Origin: Atractiella rhizophila | Taxonomy: Eukaryota | Direction of reading: 5' to 3' | NCBI GenBank assembly: GCA_021432655.1 | Contig: MU271182.1 | Span: 186,001 to 250,000 of the forward strand | Length of the DNA stretch: 64,000 nt | Shown: in pieces, positions 48,485 through 62,085 of the stretch | How the letters are laid out: each line of letters starts with the position of its first letter | Numbering within the stretch: position 1 is the stretch's first letter | The notes under the pieces: model-generated | What the model was told of the DNA's origin: nothing | The model's database searches: none | The model's input: only the letters and a program-made list of their open reading frames with translations | Made by a program: the position numbers and the translations under genes

Positions 48485-51400
48485 CTATTTAAAGACTTTG
48501 GAGACTTCGTCACTATTGGGAGGAGGGAAAACAGTTGAGACATCTTGATTGTGGTTTAATATTTCGGCATAGGTGGCATTCACATGCTGCTGTTGAAGGT
48601 GGAATGGCATGGTATAGTTCCAAAGGGAAACACCTTCAGCATTGACACAAAGTGCGCAGTGGGAGGGGATGTTCGATGAAGGATTATCAGTCTTGTACTT
48701 TTTCTTCCCCGTCCTTTTGTCAATTGGGATCCGCGCTCGAACGTGATTGGAAGTTGAAGGATGATATCCGCTGCCACACACCCCACCTACCACAACTCCA
48801 TTCCCCTTCTTCTTCAACATTGTTGAAACAGCTCCCATTATTCAAACCACAAAACCTGCAGGTGAAGAACACAGGCTAAAGTTATAGTGTGTCAGTTTAG
48901 CAGAAGATGGTCTTGAGAAAGAAAGAAATATCCTGATACATTCTTGTCACCAATTCTAGATGTGTGACAGGGGGAAGCAGAATGAGGTGCGAAGGTTGTT
49001 CACAGTGGCCCGGATGGAGAAAGCTAAGAATATGGGCAGCCACATGCGATCGCATGTGGTTCAGCTTAACAATGGCTTTACAGCCAGGTATCTTGCATGG
49101 TTTAACCTCATAGAGGTTTGAAGCTGAACGAAGGAGTAGAGAGTCCGATGATGACAGACATAGCCGTTGCTCTCCTAGCTTATGTTTCAGTATATAAATA
49201 TACAACCATAATCAGGAATACTTACCAGACTGATAAGGGTAAGCGCCATGGCAGTGGAAACATTGTATCTCTTGGTCAAGTTTGCATGCGTGATTGAAGA
49301 CATGGTGTAACATGGAGCCGCTCAAAGACCCATGTCAAGCGAACATTTCCATTCAGATCTGTGGATGATTGAATCGCAAAGTCCTTATCTGCCGTTAACG
49401 GTATGAGTGTTAGGATGAGACGTCAAATGCTTCACGAAAGATGGTGGATGACGATGATGCATCTGCAACTGGAACATATTGGTGGTTCCACTGCCAGTGG
49501 GTTTCATGGGTTGCTGATGATTGAGTTGCAGAAACTGTTGAAGTTGAATCGGGGGTGAGTTGGAGAAGCCGCACTCGTAAAGGGGTTGAGAAAGCAGCAT
49601 TACCGAGTTTTGAATGAGAAATGAAATCCCCACTGCACCAAAACTCTTACAGGAATCAAACACGCATATGGCAAGTGAAATTCCTGTCCAACGTTGAGTA
49701 AGGTGGCTATGAGGTTTCCATGATGAAGGAGGTTTGGATCCTTCTTCCATGTTTCGTTGCGGGCGATGAGATCCGTATTCGGCCCAGTTCCATACTTAAG
49801 TTTTCCCTTATACTTCCCCTCTCAGTCCGCACTCAATGCCACCCAGGCAGCATTCATAATATACCTGACCGCAGTTGCAATGTGAATCTCCACTCCATAA
49901 TCATCCTTGAAGAAAGTCAGACCGCTTCCTCTTCCATTGGTAATCGATGCGATCCTCTGTTTCATCCATTTCCATCTCATCCACAACATCCAGATTCAGA
50001 GGATCTGCCAGATCCACAATTATCTCTTGGTCCTCATCAAACACGTGGGCGGATGGAAGAACAGGTACTGTGACTGCCGGGCCTGTAGAGAGCTTCGCAA
50101 TCATGGGGACGGGCGCTGTAGACGGAGGAATCGTCCAAGGAGTAAGTGGTGGAGGTGGCATGGAAATTGAGGATGTGACTGGAACAGTCGATCTTAAGGA
50201 TGTTCCAGGAAGTTGAAGTGCCAGGACTGGGGGTGCGGATGATGCAGGATAAGAAGGCGTGGGGACTGACAATGTAGGAGAGGGAGGGGTTTCGGTTATG
50301 GAAGGGAACAGGTCACTGATAATGTCATCATCATTGCTGCCACCATTGGGAGGCAAAAGTTTGGCTTTTCCCATAGGATTACAGATATCAATGCCTGCCT
50401 TCTCCATTGACATCCAAGGGGGGGCTAGGTCTGGTATGCCAGAGTTGGATAAGATGCTTTCGCAACTGGCTCGTCCTTTCATCCAGGCTCTTCGCAATCC
50501 TTCCTTCCAGGTAATCTCCTCACCCTCTTCGGCAATTTCCTTTGGAATCGTGCTAATGCGGACATCCCCTTTCACTGCTATGGTTCGGAGGTGGTTAGAA
50601 CCGTCGCGACTTCTGAGACAGAGCCGCTGGTTAATTGGTTGAAGATCTGGATGCTCGTGCCATATCTGCTTGATGAGAGTGGCAGTAGAAGCTCGATCAA
50701 TGATCTGGATGGCATCACAGTCTGAATCACTTCCCACCATTGTTCTCAAGATCCCAAAGAGCTTTCCTAGGGAATCAGTCCCAAGTCTGATAATGTAAAA
50801 TTGATATTCCGAGTCCATCTGACAGGCACGGGCTGCTAGTTTGAAGATGGTGGAAATGTCAAGGAGGATGTCAAGGTAAAGTACCGGATGCATGAAAGTG
50901 TGGCCATACTTGTTGACAAGGACGGTGCAGAGATGAGCAAATGTTGATAACTTAATCAGTTGTTAAGCAAGACTGAGATCAACATCTGTAAATGCATCAT
51001 AGTATTGTTCCATCATCGCTCCGATAAGCTGCCAAGCTCTCCACTCATCCTCTACTAAAGGAGACTGGCTTGGTGCCTCTTGCATCTGGGAAATATTGAC
51101 GAGACGAGCGAGCAAGCGAGTAGCTTTAGGCACGTTCTGATGGTCATCGGGGTCAAGAAGTTGTTCTAAGGAGTGTTCTGACATAGACGGAAGAATTGAG
51201 CGGAGGTGCTGGCGACGTGAGGTAGGAGATAGGTGGATGCCTCCGATGTAGATCACTTTTGAAGATCGTATCCAAGCTGCTGACGTTTTTATCTTGTGCA
51301 AGGTGTCTATGAATGCAAGGATACCCTCTCGGCTGCAAGAATAGTTGAACAATGGAAGATCCCGGGCTAGAAAGCTTTCGAGGTCTGGAAGGACATCAAG

Positions 51401-52700
51401 AATATGATGAGACATAAAGCGTTGGCGAAAGAGGGTGCACGTGTGGATGCACCATTGGAGTTGATAACCCAAACCTCGCAACCTGTATCCTTCAGGTATT
51501 CTCGTGCTGTCACCACAACAGTATCAATCATGTCGCCCTCTGTTTCCGCTGTTTCTTCCATACAAGAAGTAGATACAGCCAAGGGGATGAGAGGAGGGAC
51601 TAGACTAACATTAGTCAACACAACGAGGAAGTAGTAACTTAGGACACACAATTTTCAGAATAAACTGACATTCCCATTACGGTTGCATACTTTCCAACAT
51701 GCCAGCTCCCATCATCAACCCATCCTTTTATTCTCTTCAATGCTTCGAAGTTTTCCAGTTGTAGGTCTCTTCCTTCCAAATGTCGACGACAACCACCAGC
51801 AAGGAGCTTTGTGTGAGAGTCAAAAACAAACTTCTCTGCCATCTTGAGCTCATCAAGGTCAATTCCCACACCAAAGCGCTGACCAGTTTGCCGGAGTGTC
51901 GACATGGGGAAAAAGACGTCAAGATTATGGTTGACCTCTTGAGGAGTAGGGTAGCTGGCAGAGAGCCGAATTCGAGCGTTTGCATTATGACACCAGATGG
52001 TCGTACGAGAAGGTAACTGATCGCTGAACTGTTTGCGAAGGACCTCGAGAGGGATACGTCCGCCATAAGCCTTTACAATTGTGGCTACCTTGATGATCTT
52101 GTCACTGTAGGAGCGCATATGATACGAGCCTTTGGAAGCTCGAATAACGAGATCAGTGATAGCCTTCATGCCCATTTTTGTTATCCGTGACCTTCGAAGA
52201 AGCTCTGGGATTCTGGAGAAATGGCTGTGTTCAATGGCGAGGATGAAGGAGTGAACAAGCTCAATTTGTTTCTTCATCTGTTTGTGATTACGAGTTGTAT
52301 TCAAAACCTTCATGTCCAAGTAAGTGAGCATCTTTCCAGTCCAATTCAGAAGCTGAAGCTGACCTTCAGCCGCTCTACCCTGATCTTCTTTGCTAGCTCC
52401 GTACTCCGGTTAGAAAGGTAGACTGAGTTCTGACGGATGGATGGAGAGTTCTTAAGAGGCTTCTTCTTCCGCTTCTGAATATTCTTGACAGAAGAATGAA
52501 GTAGAAGCTGTTGACACTTGCTGCATCTTGTTCCCCCTTTTGCCATTTCGGTGACAGGCAGCCTTTCGGAGCATTTGGTAGAGAGGAGTACATCATGATT
52601 TCTGTCGAGGATGTAGACGAATGGATTGAGGGGATCGGTAGATTTGTGTATCGTTGGAACGAAACCGGAGGTGGGCAATTGATCTGGCTAGCAACCAGAA
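48485..52700 (-). pseudogene. P-element/THAP9-like transposase with C-terminal Cys/His-rich region, decayed
   Basis: IDLDELK (D1, ~51850); INSNG (SDG-like, mutated); FIDTLHKIK (DxxH); DPDDHQNVPKA (compare DKQxV); LGTDSLGKLFGILRTMVGSD (compare QDxLExFFxxxR, with E changed to G). C-terminal HMRSHVAAHIL and CALC...H...H. In-frame TAA at 50963. Confidence 0.65.
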
Positions 52701-53036
52701 GAGGAAGAGGGAGAACAACGAATAGAGCAGTTGTACTTGCTCCTTCTGACGCATTAGCCGCAACGTATGTAGTGTCGTCCTCTGAACGTGTTGTTATTGT
52801 GTTATTGTAGAGATGCGAGAATGACTATTGCTTTAAACAGTTACTTGTTTTATATACTTGCGAGTGAAATGGTCTAGATCCTTCAAGAAATGTAAAGTAA
52901 TGAGAAATATGAAAATAAAACGAGTGGCAAAAGAAAGACCGTCCCTGAACAGACTGTCAAGTCCTGTGAGGTTCATCTCAAAAGGTTTAGGTCCAATTCT
53001 TTCTTTTGCCTCTATAAACTGATCTGATTTTTATCA

Positions 53037-53780
53037 GAAGTATTGATGCCCATGCCAACTTGTCCGAAGAAAGAAAGGGTGTACATGAAGACATTTCCTC
53101 AAATGATGGACCCCGAAGATGTCGGCTATTTCAAGGCATGGTGCCAGGGACCAGCAAGACCAATAAGCATCCGTAGTGTGTTAACCCACATTACTTTGCA
53201 AACATACTGACTCTACAAAAGACTGGTATGAGGATAAAGTTGTCAACGGCGCTTATCTCCACAAATCAATGAATCCGGTTCTCAGCAAGATTTCTCGGAC
53301 ATCTGGAATGCAGCCAAAAGGCCAACCAATATCAATGAGCAAGGGCATCGAGATATCAATATTGATACCGGTACAAGACTCTCTCCTCTCCTCTGGATGC
53401 TGTTATCTCGTTTGTTCCTCCTTCCTTGCTTCTTCCCTTCCTTTGTCCTTACACCTCACTATACCGCTTGGTGGGACAGTGGATGGGAGTATGATCAGAA
53501 GTGTTGTGCTGAGCTGCAGAATGCCATCGCAAACAACATCCCTTGCAACTATGGTGGAAATGGTGTTCAGCCGAGGGGGAAAAGAGCTGCGAACTGATCA
53601 GCCTTGTCTCAGCAGAAGAAGCGTGAGCGGTAGGAAGGAAGTGTTCCTCGTCGGATTGAATATCCCTCGCATCTCAAAAGTCCCTGGTTCCGTAAGCGTT
53701 CACGACCGCGTAAGGGAGATATGGTATTGAAGACTGAGGATACTCAGAAATGGTATGCTGAGATGGCTGCCAGGTCAAAC
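53037..53780 (+). pseudogene. C-terminal fragment of a Mutator-like DDE transposase
   Basis: DWYEDK...MNPVLSKIS, then a frameshift, then DIWNAAKRPTNINEQGHRDINIDTGTRLS. This contains the W-x5-TN-x2-E-x2-H catalytic-E motif. Confidence 0.6.
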
Positions 53781-54559
53781 AATCATCGGCAGCATGAGAT
53801 CCTGCACTGTCCGCTCCAGTCGCAAAGTTACCATCCCGAGATGAGAGAAAAGTGGTGTCGTAGTTGGGGAGGGGATTGTCAGCCAAATGCAAGTGAGACT
53901 GATAGAAGGATGGGTGCAGCTGCAAGGGGAGCAGGCGAGAAGAAGCAGCTGAGACAAGTGTTTGCCCCAGTGACATAGCTGACGTTGTGCCGACAGGATC
54001 CCTTGCTCCCTTCCCCAGCAGCAATCAACATCAATCGATCTGGTGCAGAGAAGAGAGCTCACCTCCACCGGCCTGCTCTTTCCAGCAGTACCGCTACTTC
54101 GAGCTCTACCCCTCACTCTCATTCTGCTGCCTCCTTCCGCCACATGAGCTGCCTTACGTTTTGACCCACGGCTCTCCGATTCCTCCGTGTTCCGTTTCGC
54201 CGTCAATTCCGCCTCTCGTTTAGTGATATTTGCTACAGCACGGGCAGCAATAGAGCTCAATATTTTGTTTGCGCTAGGTTTGTTCCTTCAAGTTTGATTA
54301 TCAGCTTTATCCATACTATCCTCCCAATCAGTTCTGCTGTCACGAATTTGTCTCTCTATTTAATCTCACCCACACCATTGACACCTAATTGAACGAGCAA
54401 TGATCGGCAGTGTAATACATTCAATGTGGACTACATGAAGATCCCTTTCTTTATAATGATATCATTGAATGTCATATGGAACGATAGAACAAGTAAAGGA
54501 GGAAGTCAAGGAGCGTGAAACGAAGGAAAATCAGGCAATCGAAGGAGAGAAATAACTTT

Positions 54560-56280
54560 ATCATGACTCCCCTGTATCCTCGTCGCCAATGTCATCTAAA
54601 TCCATGTCTTCATCCTCATCCATGACTAAATCTCCATGGTCATCGTCGTCAATGTCGTAACCCTAGTCAACTTCCTCTTGCTCCTTGTGCCTGAAGCCGT
54701 CGTAACCTCGTTGAAACTGGTTCCTTCGATCGTTCTCCGCGGCTTGTTCTCTCGAACTCCATCTTGTTCGACCAGTGTTACGACGTCCAGCATGGTCCTC
54801 CTAAGCAAATTCTTGAACATCCCTTTCAGATTCCTCTTCCAAATCAATAGATTCGGCGTCGTCATCAAGGTTGGGAAGCTTATAACGGGTGTCCAGGTCA
54901 CCGTTCTTGATATCGTCGAGGTAACAATTGAGCCTGTTGCTCATCTGTGAATACGTCCGGGAAGCTAAGATCAAAATTGGGATCTAGCACCGCATTTAGT
55001 CGAATACGAATGGGGAGAGGCAGTCTGTTATGGAAAACAAGATCAAAAATGTAGACCGGAGGCTTCATGGCATTCTTCTTCTGAGCCAGTGTAGCACTTT
55101 TCGGAAGAAGAGGGAGAGCATGAAATCTTGACTTTGCTTTCTCAGCATGTCAATCTTGAGGAAGTACGTGAAGTTCTGGGTTTCTTCCTCGACTGCCTCG
55201 AACCTTCTCATATTTCAGGGCATCTAAGCGCATTTCATCAAACAACCGAAGAAAGTGATCCCATAAGACTGAGCGAAAAGGTTCGGTCTTGATCTCATAA
55301 CCTCTCCCGGGACCAAGATCCTCGTCATCAGAGGTGACATCAGAATTCCCACCAAGTTGCACAACCAGTCTGGGAGTCCACAACCTTCAGCAAAGTCCTT
55401 TCGATATTTCGCAAGCTATGCCAAGTCGAAAGCGCCGCGACACCTCAGCTTAGAACAGATGCAGATAGCAGAAGTGAACGAACCTGGTTCCTTCGTTTTC
55501 GTATTGTGTCAGCAGCCACATCAGCGGCGATACTTCCAGCTGCTGCTTGCTCCTTGAAAAACACATGTGTAAGACATGTATGCACAAATGAATGATAGGC
55601 TGCAAGGAGAAAGCTGTGATTTCCAAGAATGTCTCTGTTGGGAGCTAAAGCGAAGAAAGCATTCCCAGCAATAAGCGCTTTCATGATTGTGAGGAAAATG
55701 AAGCGATGAGCAGAGTTATGCACTGAGAAAGGCTGTTCTCTGAGATTGGGATTGAATTTCCGAAATCCAAACTGAGATGGAGTATCCTTGACAAAGGCAA
55801 AATCACTATCAGGAATCTTCATCAATGCAGGTAGAACCATTTTGCCTCGAAATTGAGGGTCAATGCGAAGTTCTGACGGGGTTCGAAAGGCGACATTCGC
55901 TGCGGAGATGCTGGCATTTCGTTGTCCTCTTGCTACTGAAAATATATCTTCTACGGTGGAAACATTTTCGCTAAAGGAGTGCCATTCGTCTGGATTGACC
56001 TCTTGGAAGACCATATCACCACAAGGCCGCCTAGGACGCAAATGGTGACGTCGACAGCTTGCTACAGGACATAATACTGAGCATATTCTACCCAAAAGAG
56101 AATCGGGCACAAGTTCACAAGTGCGGATGAGCGGCTCTGTTTGCCTGCTACATCTTTGTAAAGAGTGAGAGGGTACTTCTATGCCCGACGTCTTGATTGC
56201 TGTCTGGGGAAGCTGAGGGACAACCACGTCTCCTTGCTAGGGCTGCGTGCGGCGGGGATGAGGAGGCATAGGATGACATG
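54560..56280 (-). pseudogene. Basidiomycete transposon-associated protein of unknown function, with acidic C-terminus
   Basis: FNPNLREQPFSVHNSAHR...YHSFVH...KE...G...RKRR, SDDE...YEIKTEPFRS. Contains stops and frameshifts. Confidence 0.45.
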
Positions 56281-56484
56281 GAGCTCGAGCGACTCTGCTG
56301 GATACTACCTGCAGATGCTGAAGGGGAACCTTGTGCGGCGAGCGTCCGTCGGCGTTAAAACTGGTACCAGTTTTGTGGGCAAATCTCCTCAAAATCAAAG
56401 CGCAAAAAACTTTTTTCACCTTGCGGCCTCCGGCTGCTTTTGCAAAACGCACGGGCTGACCAGTTTGCCCTTTTTGGCTGCAAA

Positions 56485-59400
56485 TCCTTACCTCTAAAAG
56501 CCATCCCTTCTTGGCATGAGTCATAAAACGCACTTTTGAGCGTTCATACCTCCCTCAGCAGGCACATTGAAACGAAATGAATTACACCATGTTACTGCAT
56601 ATGTTTGCGCCTTTCTGGAGCTGCAAGGAAATTTTATTTTGAAGTGGTGAGAAAAAGTGTTTTGCAGCGGACTCGAACCCTTTGCAACCGTGAACTCTGC
56701 TTCCCCGGCTCCACTGGCTTCCCCACTTGGCCCACTTGGCCGCTAAACACCGTGCGCAGCTGCCCCGCAAAGCAACCGCAGCACACGGCGCCAAAACAAG
56801 GCCGCACGCTATTTCTTCAGCGCATTTTGGGATTTCTCAAGTCGGGCGCCAAAAAGTATCATTTGCCTACCTTAAGGGGAAGAAAGTGAGCACATATGAG
56901 CTAGAATATACTGCCTTTAGTGCTTTCTAACAGCACTTTAGAATCATCATGCCCCGCCCTAAGCAAAAAAATGGTGCAAACCGACGAGTTCATGCTCAGC
57001 AGCAACGACGAGAAGAGAGCCAGTCAGATACCCCTCAGGCTGCTCCACGACGCACAGAGAGACGTCATGCAGGACTGCCCCAGCGTTTTCAGATTACGCA
57101 ACCTACCCCACCTCAGCACTTGACACGCCAAATTCGTGAGCAACAGCAGCAGGCTCAACCTCTGAGGGTACGACGACAACATCGGCAGCCAGACCCTCAG
57201 CCTTTAGATGGAGACATCACTGAAGGATCCTCTGATGGAGGATTTGGGAACAATGATGTTCCTGACCCAAGGATGTGCCACCAAGAGATGAAAGGCATGA
57301 TCGGCATCCTTTCATCGCATTTAACTACTCTTCGGGAACCGTGGAAGCCGTGCGGCTTTCTGGCTGGAGCGTAGTCTTCTGCTCAGAATGCAGTGCCTTC
57401 CGTTGGCTTGAGGAGCGAATAGTCAAGAGCTCTAAGCGTAATCCAAAATTTACGAACTGCTGCTCCCATGGAAAGATTGTTCTTCCTGCTTATGAAAATC
57501 CTCCACCAGAGTTGTTTCAGCTGTTCACCAATCCAGATACGCATGAATCAAGACAGTTTCGTGAGAATATCCGCTCCTACAATAATGCTCTTTCCTTTAC
57601 TTCTCTCGGAGTCAAGCGGCCACCTATCCCTGGGCATGGAGTTTACACTTTCCGGATTCAAGGGGAGCTTTGCCATCGCATCGGTGCTTTGCTTCCGGAA
57701 TCTGATGGCGAAGAAAAGTTTGCACAAATATATATGCTGGATTCTGAAGAGCAGATTCGTCAAAGAATAGGGACCATTAGAGGGAACAAACTTAAGGAAG
57801 TGACATTGAGAAAGTTGCAAGACATGATGTGGCGAGTTAATCCATGGCCGGAAATCTATAAAACTGCAAGGGAGCGTATGGCAGATGACCCAGCATTACA
57901 ACTCCACATTCGAACTATTAATCCTACAGATCTCGATCCCCGTCGATATAATAGGCCAACAGGTCATGGCATAGGAGAAATTGCAGTGCTTCTCATTGGA
58001 GAAGAATCAGGAGCCACCGCAGGTGTCACAAGAGATATTGTGGTCAAACTCCGACGGCCTGATGGTCAGAACTTTTATGAAAAAGTCAGCGATCAAAATG
58101 CCAACTATCTCCCACTGCGATTTCCACTTTTATTTCCATATGGCGAGCAAGGTTGGCACACGTACATTCCCCTCCGTCATGGTGATCTGCTTCAACGTGG
58201 TCCACGGGAAGAACATCGAAATAATGACGGACAAATAGTTGGAAACATGGGAGAACGAGTTCATGTTACGCAGATGGACTATTACTCCTATCTTTTTCAC
58301 CCAAAGAAGAATACTTTCTCTCTCATTCACCATGGTGGTCGACTATTTCAAGAATTGGTTTGCGATGCTTACGCCCAAATAGAGAGTGGAAGATTGAAGT
58401 TTCTTCGGTTCAATCAAGATCTTCTCCGAACTGAATCCTATGCTGGACTTGGTGACGCCTTAGAAGATGGCCGAGATGCAGAGATGTTGGGAAGCGGACC
58501 ATTTTACCATCCACACATACTGGAAGCCCACGTCAAATGAATCAACAATTTCAGGATGCGATGGCGATTGTTGGAAACAGAGGTTCTCCCGCTATCTTTA
58601 CAACATTCACCTGCAATCCTCGATGGCCCGAAATCACAGAAGCCCTGCTTCCTGGGCAAACAGCTGCAGATAGGCCAGACTTGGTCTCTAGGGTTTCAAC
58701 GTGAAGGTGAAGGCCTATATGCAGGACATCAAAGATAACTCAATCTTTGGACGGACAGTTGGCTTTGTCTTGGTGATCGAATTTCAGAAACGTGGTCTGC
58801 CTCATGCTCACATCCTCATCATTCTCAATGCCGAAGACACCATCCGGGATGTTGAGGCTATCGACCGCATAGTATCTGCTGAATTGCCTGACAAGGACAC
58901 CGATCCTGAGTTATTTGACATTGTCTGCAATCACATGCTCCATGGACCCTGCGGAGATACCAACCCAGATGCTCCATGCATGATAGATGATCCTAAGAAC
59001 CCTGGGAGAAAAATCTGTGGCAAAGGGTTTCCAAAGCCCTTTGCAGAAGAAACAGGCATCAACGAAGATGGTTATCCCACCTACCGGCGACGTAACAATG
59101 GACGCACATTTCAGAAGACACCGAACGGATTTATTTACGACAATCGCTGGGTCGTACCATTCAGCGCTTATGTCCTTCTGAGGTTTGTAGCTCACATCAA
59201 TGTGGAGCTTTGCATCTCCATTAAATCAGTCAAATACCTCTTCAAATATGTCTACAAAGGAAATGATCGGGCACAAGCTGTACTTCATCATGCAAGAGGT
59301 GAAGGTGTGAGGGTTCTGGATGAGATTCAAGAGTACTTGGATGCCAGATTTATCGGATCTTCTGAAGGTAATGCTTAACATGATATTATGGGTAATCTGA

Positions 59401-61955
59401 TATATCTTTCTAGCCTGTTACCGGATCTTCCACTTCCACTACACCAGCACTTCCCTGTGGTTATCCGCCTGGCAATACACCTTCCTGATAGGCATTTTGT
59501 GACCTTTAATCCCCAGGATGAGTCACTGGGAGACATTCTCAACAGGAATAATGTCACCAAAACGACGTTGACTGAGTTCTTCACCTACTGTAGGGAAAAC
59601 CCCAACATTACTGAAGACCTTACCTATCCAAGAGCGCCCCAATTCCTTACTTGGAAGTCAGCCACACGCTCTTGGAAAATTCGGGAGCGCCAAGAAGCCA
59701 TTGGACGCATATATCACGTTGCACCTTCACAAGGGGAACTATTCTATCTCCAAATGCTCCTCCATAAAGTTGTCAGCCCAAAATCTTTTGAAGATATCCA
59801 GACAGTAGATGGAACCATCCACGAGACTTTTAAGGCTGCATGTATGGCTCTTGGGTTGTTAGAAAGTGATCAAGAATGGGATTTCTGCCTTGATGAAGCC
59901 AGTGCAGTTAAGAATGGCTTTGCGATGCGGTCTCTCTTCGTCTATATTCTATTATTTGGTGTTGCCAGTGAACCTAGAAGACTATGGGATGGCCATAATG
60001 GGCAGCTCAGCGATGATTGTAAACACCTTCTACAAACAAAGTATGGCACAGCCGATCCGACACAGGAGCAGATTATCAGTCTTTGTCTCCTTAATTGAAG
60101 ATCTTCTCCAGGCGTACGGTAAAACTCTAACGGATTTTGGACTACCACAACCGGCAGAGCGGTTTGAGAGATGGGGAGGGGAGACAAGGATTATTGGTGA
60201 AGAGCTTGCATATGTTCGATCATTACTTCAGACACGCCTTGAGACAGAGTTGCCATTGTTAAACGAAGATCAACGTCATGCTTATGACACGATTGTAGCA
60301 GCATGGCAAGGTGGAAATGGTGGATTGTTCTTTATCGATGGACCAGGAGGGACTGGAAAGACATTTGTGGAAAATTTACTCCTTGCCAAGGTTCGGTCAT
60401 CTAGGAAGATTGCGCTAGCAGTGGCCTCTTCAGGTATTGCCGCTATCCTGCTGGAAGGAGGACGAACGGCCCATACACGCTTCCGGATCCCACTGGACAT
60501 TGATGCCGACTCAGTCTGTAGTATTACTGCTCAGAGTGATCATGGACGACTTTGCCGTGAGGCAGAATTGATAATTTGGGATGAAGTAGGAATGAGCCAT
60601 CGATGGTGCTTTGAAGCAGTTGACCGGATGCTTAGAGACATGTGCAAAATAGATGCACCTTTTGGTGGAGTTATTTTGGTCCTAGGTGGTGAGTGAATCA
60701 AGTTAAAGAGTTCAGCTCTAATAATTTTCAGGTGATATGCGACAATGTTTATCAGTGATTCCCAAAGCTTCACGGGCACAGATTGTCAGTGCATGCGTTA
60801 TCAACAGTCCTTTCTGGCCAGCAGTTCAAGTCCTCCCTCTGACCGTGAATATGCGCCTTCTTCGTCATCAAGCTGAAATGACACGGCGGGACTTTACGAC
60901 TGCCTCTCGCTTTGCTGAATGGTTGCTGTCAGTTGGGAATGGTGCAACCGACAACCCAGAAGACTGTGGCCATGGTCCATTGACTATGAAAGATCAAACA
61001 ATAGTCCCACGATCCCGTGGCCTGGAGGGTCTTTTAAATGATATCTATCCTGGACTCAGCACTATGACACAAGAAGTGAACTCAGTTGAGCTCAGGCAAT
61101 ACTTTCAGGAGCACATGGTCCTTACAGCCAGAAATATTGATGTTGACCTGATAAATGATCAGCTTATTCAGGACTTTGTCTCCCGGCAGGAGCGAGTCTA
61201 TCTCAGTGCCGATCGATTGATGGACGACAGTGAGAATATTCAACAAGGATTTACGGTTGAGTACCTCAACACTCTCAACATGACGGGACTTCCTCTCCAT
61301 CGGCTTCATCTCAAAGTTGGAGCCCCTGTCATCCTGTTATGAAACCTCAATCCTTCAGCTGGGCTCTGTAACGGTACACGGTTGATGGTCACCCAGCTGC
61401 TTTCTCGCGTTATTGAGGCTACAATCATCACAGGAGCATTTCCCGGTACCTCAGTCCTCATCCCACGTATTGCTTTGGATAGCAAGGTCTCCAATTCATT
61501 TCCTTTCACCTTACGCCGGTTTCAATTCCCCATCAAGTTGGCTTTCTGCCTCACCATCAACACGTCACAGGGACAGTCGGTGGGAACTGTTGGATTGTAT
61601 TTGGACACACCAGTTTTTACACATGGACAACTTTATGTAGGACTTTCTAGGGTTTCAAACGCAAAGAATCTTCGAGTTTATTTACACCAAGTGCAAGGGA
61701 TAGAGAATAAGAGGACAGAAAATATAGTGTACAGAGAAGTTTTGAATTTTCACAATCAGATGCATGTAGACCTACAATGAAATCATATAGATTCGTACCA
61801 AAACCCATGTGCATATGGTGAGTCAGTGCTCGCCGAAGGCGAGGCCCCACGCAGTGGCTGCCAGAGGCAAGAGCTCCACGCAGTGGCTGCCGGAGGCTGG
61901 GGTCCAAGGGGCGAAGCCCCTGGCGGGGGGGGATGCCCGAGGGACGAGGGCATTG
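56485..61955 (+). mobile_element. Helitron copy C (diverged family), full length
   Basis: A|TCCTTACCTCTAAAAGC ... hairpin-TTG|T. The flanks rejoin to recreate a copy of the local GCAAA..CTCAAAAT..AAGCGCAAAA repeat. Confidence 0.88.
56949..61780 (+). pseudogene. Helitron RepHel, intron-containing, frameshifted
   Basis: CSECSAFRW, CCSHG, VIEFQKRGLPHAHILI, KYLFKYVYKG, DGPGGTGKT, IWDE, QFPIKLAFCLTINTSQGQS. Premature TGA at ~61340. Confidence 0.93.
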
Positions 61956-62085
61956 TTTTCTCAAAATATAAGCGCAAAACCATTATTCTACTTGAGCCTG
62001 GGCGACCAGTTTGCCAACCCTTGGGCACCGTTTGCCAACCCTTGGGGGACCAGTTTGCCTTCTTTGTTCTTTAAGAGCAAGCACA

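Noticed and set aside
61829..61952. Hammerhead/HDV ribozyme or tRNA-derived SINE in the GC-rich module
   Set aside because: No CUGANGA/GAAA core or A/B boxes seen. The position and GNA triloops fit a DNA structure better, though a covariance search was not run.
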